A stretch of DNA of 64,000 nucleotides from Rebecca billardiae RCC1528 (lineage: Eukaryota; Protista; Haptophyta), in assembly GCA_965240325.2 (NCBI GenBank), contig OZ251241.1, forward strand, positions 1,240,001 through 1,304,000, given 5' to 3'. Position numbers and translations under genes: made by a program. A model generated the notes under the pieces. That model had not been told where the DNA came from, did not search any database, and was given only the letters and a program-made list of their open reading frames with translations. Positions 58,023-64,000 of this stretch are shown piece after piece. Each line of letters starts with the position of its first letter. Position 1 is the stretch's first letter.

Positions 58023-59610
58023 ATGATGATCTGCGGCGACGACACGGGGCTGTGCAAGAGCGTCTCATACGACGACGGCCGCGTGCTCGCGCGCTGGGGC
58101 GAGCAGGCACGCGGCCGCGCCGTGCGAAGGCTCGCGCACGCGCGCGGCGCGCTCGCGTGCGCGCGCGCCGACGGCACGGTCGAGCTGTCGACGGTGCCCG
58201 CGCTGACGTCGGCCGAGCCGGAGGTCGTGCGCACGTACGCCGCGCACGGCCGCTCCGAGCCAACCGGCCTCGCCATGCACCCGAGCGCCGAGAGGCTCGT
58301 CGTCGCCGACGCTGACGGCACGGTCCACGTGCTGAGCACCGACCCCGGCGGCGGCGGCGGCGGCGGCGGCGAGAGCGGCGGCGAGGCGAAGCGCGGGTCG
58401 AAGCGCAAGCCGGCCGCGCCGGCCGCGCCCCTCGCGAGCCTCTCGCTCGGCTCGCACCTCGCGCACCTCGCCCTCTCCCCCGCGGGCGACCGGCTCGCAC
58501 TGTGCGGCCGCGGCACCGAGCTGAGCGTATGGGACTTTGGGGCAATGGCTGCCGGGCTGCCGGCGGCGGAGGGGGCGCACGCGCCGCAGCAGCAGCCCGT
58601 GTGGCGCGCACGGAACGTGCGCGCACGCGCGCGTCGCCGCCCCCCGCCGCCGCCGCGCTGGCGCGCTCGCTTGCTCCTCGCGGCCTGCCGCGCGCGCGAC
58701 GCGCGCGCACGCCCCGCTCAAGCGCTCCTCTGCCCTGCCGCGTCGCCGCGCCGCCGCGCCGCCGCGCCGCTGCGCCGCTGCGCCGCCGCTTCGGCAGGTG
58801 CCGGAGGACGAGACTCGGCTGGCGGTGCCGGTGTGGCACACGGCCGTGGCGTTCGTCGAGAGCGCGCCCGCGTGCCTCGTCACCACCTCGGGCCACGTGG
58901 CGCAGCGGCTGCGCGGGGAGGTCCGGCTGTACGATGTGCGCGCCCGCGCGCGCCCGGTGCTGCGCGCCGTCGCGCCCGCGGGCGACGTGCCGCTGTCCGC
59001 GCTCGCGCTCTCGCCCGAGGGGCACTCCGCGTTCGTGGGCACGGCGAAGGGCGAGCTGTGCCGGCTGGACCTGCGCCGCGACGCCGCGCTCGTCGGCGGG
59101 TACAAGGGCGGCGGCGGCGCGATCGTCGGCCTGGCGCTGCAGCCGGAGCGCGGCCTGCTGCTGGCCGTCGGTTACGACCGTTACGCGCGCGTGTACAGCG
59201 TGCGCAGCCGCGCGCTGCTGCACGCCGTGTACCTGAAGCAGCGGCAGCGCGCGCTGGCGCTCGTCGAGTCCGGCGCCGGAGAGATCGGCGCGGACGGCGA
59301 GGGCGGGGACGCGCGGCTCGACGACGACGACGACGGCGTGCGCGGCGCACGCGCGCCGCGCGGCGGCGGCGGCCGCGGCGCCCCGGAGATCGGCCGGCCG
59401 CCCAAGCGCGCGCTGCACGCGGACGACGACGCCGACGTCGAGGCCATTCTGAGCCGGCTCGAGCGCGCGCGCGACGACGGGCGCGCGGGCGGCGCGCACG
59501 CCGCGCGGGGCGCCGAGACGTCCAAGCCTCGGGCGAAGGAGGCGAACGGGCGCGCGCGCGCCGAGGGCGCGCACGGCGGGGTGCGCCGGCCCAAGAAGCT
59601 CAAGGCGTAG
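58023..59610 (+). CDS. WDR74: WDR74/Nsa1 WD40 ribosome biogenesis factor
   Basis: GDDTGLCK N-terminus, VWRARNVPEDETRLAVPVW across intron 58617-58797, VRLYD...RPV, GGYKG.GG.I, VGYDRY.RV, VYLKQR. Confidence 0.9.
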
Positions 59611-60471
59611 CCTCAAGCCTGGCCTGTGCGGACGCCGATGGGCGGGGTCGCTGCCGCCGTGCACCAACGGCCTTCTTCCCAGGACGAGGCCCGGCGATGG
59701 CGCCAATCATCGCAGGCAGGCCATCATCAGCTGCACTGGCGGATGCTGAAGCCGGTGGAACTGCTTGATGCCGGCCGCGAACTGAGCGGCGGCGCCGCGA
59801 ATTCTGATGACATCAGGAACAGCGCGCTCACGGCTCATCGCGTATATCGTATTCGTAATCGCGTGGCCGTGCTCCAGCGGCAGCAGACGATCTATCGACC
59901 AGCGCTTGATGCTACCAGCATACTGTCAATATATATAATAACTAAATAAGGCGGTCGTTGTCGTCCAGCACGACTTGGCAGCACCATATATCATATATAT
60001 CAGTAGTCGTACATAGTACGTTGACGACGCGCGCGTCACTGCTGTGACAGACCTGACGACAGCTTGTCAGCTGAGGCAGCGAATAAGCTGACTGCGCAGT
60101 CATCAGCGCGCTTATTCATCATCGTCAGTAGCAGCGCGCATTGATCATCACTCATCGATCATATCACATCGTCAAACGGTGCTGTGAGCTGTCAGCATGA
60201 GCATCGCGTCAACGTTTGATCATCTGTGATGTGTAGTCGCGTGAAATCCGTGATGCCATCGCAGGGCTCGCAGGCGGCGCCACGCCCACGGCGGTCGTCA
60301 TTATGTCACTCGTCATTCATCCGAGTAGTGGCGAGTCACCGACGCCGTCAGCACGCCGCACGCACGCGACTGACGCGTGCGCCGACGGGCGCCGAGAGCC
60401 AGCTTTTTCGGCGGGCAGAATGGCTCGGCCGCCCCGGTGGGGGGCCTCCCGCCTCTCCGCCCGCGTCACAC

Positions 60472-61578
60472 TCAGACGCTCACGTGGAACGTGTCTCCCG
60501 GCTCGATGCCCTGCGGCACCGTGACCGCCACCAGCCCGCCCGTGCGCGGGTCCTGCACGAGCATCTGCATGCCCGAGCGGATGTTGGGCGGCAGCGTGAC
60601 CGCGAGCAGCGTGGGCTGCGGCGGCGGCCGCGCCGGCTGCATCGGCGCGGGCTGCGCGTACGCCTGCGGCGGCGGCGCGTACTGCGCCTGCGGCGGCACA
60701 ACCGTCGGCGGCGGCGCCACCTGCGCAGGCGCCATGCTCGCCGCGGGGTATGTGGGCGCCTGCGGCGACGGCGGCGCGGGCGTGGCCTGCGCGCGCGGCG
60801 GGCCGAGCGGCTGCGCCGCCGGCTGCACCGGCTGCGGCGCGGCGGCGGCGCCGCTGCCGCCCCTGCCCAGCGTGCCCAGCCGCGCGACTGGGTTGGGCCG
60901 CGGCGGCGGGCTCTCCTGCACCACCTGCGGCCGCACGCCGCTCAGGCCCGCGCTGCCCGCCGCCTCGGCCGGCCGGACGGTTGGCACGGGCATCACGATC
61001 GGACACGAGTACTTGTTCAGCCCCGCGATCGAGGAGAACGTGCGCCCGCCCGTGTCGTCCGAGTGCAGGTCGACGTACAGCCTGCGGGGGCGGCCGGGCA
61101 GCACACGCGCGCGCGCAGGCAGCACGGGGGCGCGTTGCGCCGGCGCGGCGCGAGCGCGCGGTGTGCGCGCGCGGTGCGTGCGCGGTGCGTGTGTGAACGC
61201 CCCAACACACCGAGCGCGCGCGCGGCCGTGCGCGCGGGGCGCGGAGGCGGGCAGGGCCCGCTCAGCGCCGGGCGTCGCGCGCGGCGGGTCGCGCCGGCGC
61301 ACCCGCCGCGCCGCGCACCTGAGGAACGGCAGCCACTTCACCGGCACGGCCTTGTAGAACGCCCAGATCGCCACGAGCCAGCCGCAGAGCGTCTGCTGCG
61401 CCGTGCCGTCTGCAAAGATGATCTGCATGATGATCGAGCCCAGCACCACCCAGCCCATCGCGGCGCGGTACTGCTCGCTGAGGCCCTCGTTGATCGAGGG
61501 CGGCTGCTTGAAGACGCGCAGCAGCGCGTACTTGTTGCACGCGTACCTGCGCGGCGGGGGGCGCACGCCTGCGCATCA

Positions 61579-61622
<44 letters not shown>

Positions 61623-63598
61623 TGCCGCGCGCGCGGGACCGCCGGTCGCGCGCGCGCGCGCGCACGAGATGACGAGCGCGCCGGCGGTGATGATGTACGC
61701 GATGGGCATGGCCGGGCCGTACAGGAGGCCCAGGCTGCACGTCTTCGTGATGCCGGCGTAGAACTCGCCCAGCGTCGCCTCGGGCGGCTCCCAGTACTGC
61801 GGAGGGCCGTGGGGCGTGGCCGAGCGCGCCGCACCCGCTCGGCTCAGCGCCGCGCGCTCGGCGCTCGGTGCTCGGCGCGGCGCGGCGCGGCAGAGACGCG
61901 CGCGGCGGCCGCGGCGCTTCGCCCGCCCCCCCCCGCGCGCGCACCGAGTCAAGCTTCGCCTGCGACCTGGCCAGCTTGGCGAGCACGTACCGGTAGAAGA
62001 GCACGTCCACGCGCACCACCTTGACGACCTCGGGCAGGACTGCGTTGGCCAGCAGGATGTAGAACGCCTGGGAGATGGCGCCGCCGTCCTCGTGCCACTC
62101 GCGGAGGCCGCCGGTGATCGCGCCGACGATGAGCACGAGGAGCGACTGGTTGATGATGTACGCCCACGTCAGCTTGAAGTACACCGACTCCTCGTACTGC
62201 CGCCCGGCACGGCGGCGCGCGTGGCGGCGGCGGCGGCGGCGGCGGCGCGCGGGCGGGCGGGCGCGGCGCGGCTCAGTCTGGCGAGTGCGCCGCGCGCTCG
62301 CCGGCCGATGGGGCGGCGGTGCGGTGCCGCGGCGGCGCGGCGCGGGCGGCGCGGCGACTCACCTCCGTCCGCGTGTCGCGCCGCTCGATGTCCGTCAGCC
62401 GGATCACCGCGTACTTGAGCACCGCGTTCACGGCCGTCACGGCGCCCGCGGCCGCGGCCGAGACGGCGCGCGCCGTGTTGAGTCGCTCGTCGCCCTCGAA
62501 CCGAGTGACCTGCTGGTCCTTGATGAGGTTGAAGCCGATGAGCGCGCCCGCCGAGGCGGCGATCAGCGCGAGGGAGAACACGGTCGTCCGCACCGAGAGC
62601 TTGCGCACCTGCTCCGGCCCCACCTCCAGGTTCTCCCAGTACACGTCGGACGGCTCGGGCGCGGGGCCGACCTTGAGACGATACCGGTCGAGGTAGCGCG
62701 GCCGGCTGCGCGTGACGCCGCAGCCCTCGAAGAGCTCCTCGTACCACTCGAGCGAGTGCGCGCGGAGGCAGGCGCGCCGCCCCGCCTCGGTCTCGAAGAT
62801 CAGGAACGCCGCGCCCGTCGGGTGCAGCGCCTCCGACTGCACGCGCCGCATCTCCGCCTCGTACCGAACCATCTCCGCCTCGAGCTCGGCCGCCTTGCGC
62901 TCCTCCGCCGCGCGCGCCTCGGTCGAGCGCGCGGAGTACGCGCCGTTGGCGGCGGCGGCGCTCGCGGCGGTGCGCGCGCGCGCGAGCGCGTCGTTCCGCC
63001 GCAGGTCGAGCGCCTTCCACTTGCGCTCGAGCCGGACGAAGTCGCCGCACGCGTAGCCGACGCTCACCATGTGCACCTTGCCAAACTGCTCAAAGAAGCC
63101 GACCAGGTCGGCCTCGGACGAGGCGTGCTCGGGGAGGTCGCGCACCTCGACGGCGTAGTCGCCGGCGGTGATGTACCGCCGGTCCACCTCCTTCGCGACG
63201 GTGCGCTGCAGGTAGCGGATGTGGTACATGAACAGGATGATGATCAGCGTGATCAGGAACCACGGCACGACCTGCGTCCACATGCGCGGGCACTGGCGCG
63301 CGCCGCCGCACAGGTTGGTGCGCCAGCCGATCGTCGTGGCGAGGATGAGGCTGTCGCTCTCCTCCTTCGGCGTGCGCATGTTCTGCGCGAGCGCCGGGAT
63401 CGCGATCAGGAAGAGCAGCGTGAAGACGCCGATCGAGAGCCGGATCGTGCGGAAGAAGAGCTCGACGCCGACGCCGCCGCGGCCAAGCTGCTTGAGCGGG
63501 CCGTGCAGGGGCAGCGGCTGGCCCGCCTCGTCCTTGAACCCCTCCTTCTCCTTCGCGCGCTGCCGCGCGGCCGCCAGGCTCGGACGCTCGGTGCTCAT
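60472..63598 (-). CDS. OSCA/TMEM63 (CSC1)-like channel, 5 exons
   Basis: G.GVELFF, TAGDYAVEVRDLP, TGAAFLIF, APEPSDVYWENL, KYALLRV.KQPP. Four GT-AG introns join the ORF pieces. Confidence 0.82.
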
Positions 63599-64000
63599 CG
63601 CGCGCGCCCGCTTGGGGACCAACCACCACAGATGGGCGGCGCCGCGGCGGTTCAGCCTCTCCTTTGGTGTTTTTGTGCAGCTGCCGGCCTGCCTGCCGCC
63701 CCAGGCCGGGGCGGCGGCGGGCGGCTGCGCGGCGCTTGTGATTGCCGCGAATGTTCACTTTGCTTTACAGTAGCTAGTGAACCCGGGTACGATGCGAATG
63801 TACAAGTCCGACGTGGTGGCTGGGCGGTACAGGCGGCGCCGCTCGGGCTGACGCGGCGACGCCGGACGGGCCCCCGCCAGGCGTCGATGCGTCGACGCCT
63901 CGGCACGCATCGTGCCTGGTGGGGCCATCGCACCATGTGCCATGCAGCGTGCGCAGCGGTCTCCACCGCTGCAGACGCGGTATTCTCCGGGTAGCAGCCA

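Overview
Very GC-rich, intron-containing eukaryotic nuclear DNA. The GTGCGC...GCAG introns, composition and gene set suggest a haptophyte, most like Pavlovophyceae; this is an inference. About 17 genes lie mostly in head-to-head pairs: homeobox factor, Shewanella-like phosphatase/MRT4, PDK-family kinase, sulfotransferase-like/orphan 900-aa protein, EamA transporter, a NDUP1/NDUFB5-like small protein, ULK4/DCN1-like, a VAL-type B3 + Tudor protein, a DUF1244-MogA fusion/PPR protein, TERT/WDR74, and an OSCA/TMEM63-like channel. Between them are non-autonomous mobile elements: an 8.3-kb almost fully palindromic CACTA fold-back element with arrays of 20-bp palindromes, two Helentron/Helitron2-like elements (one 4.4 kb, next to TERT, with a tandem duplication, a nested P-like element and a gene fragment), a TRIM-like mini LTR element, two MITEs with 4-bp TSDs, and solo Tc1-like ends. 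Repeats here appear to decay by 2-5-bp insertions more than by substitution. All family calls are from motif recognition by eye; no database search was run.
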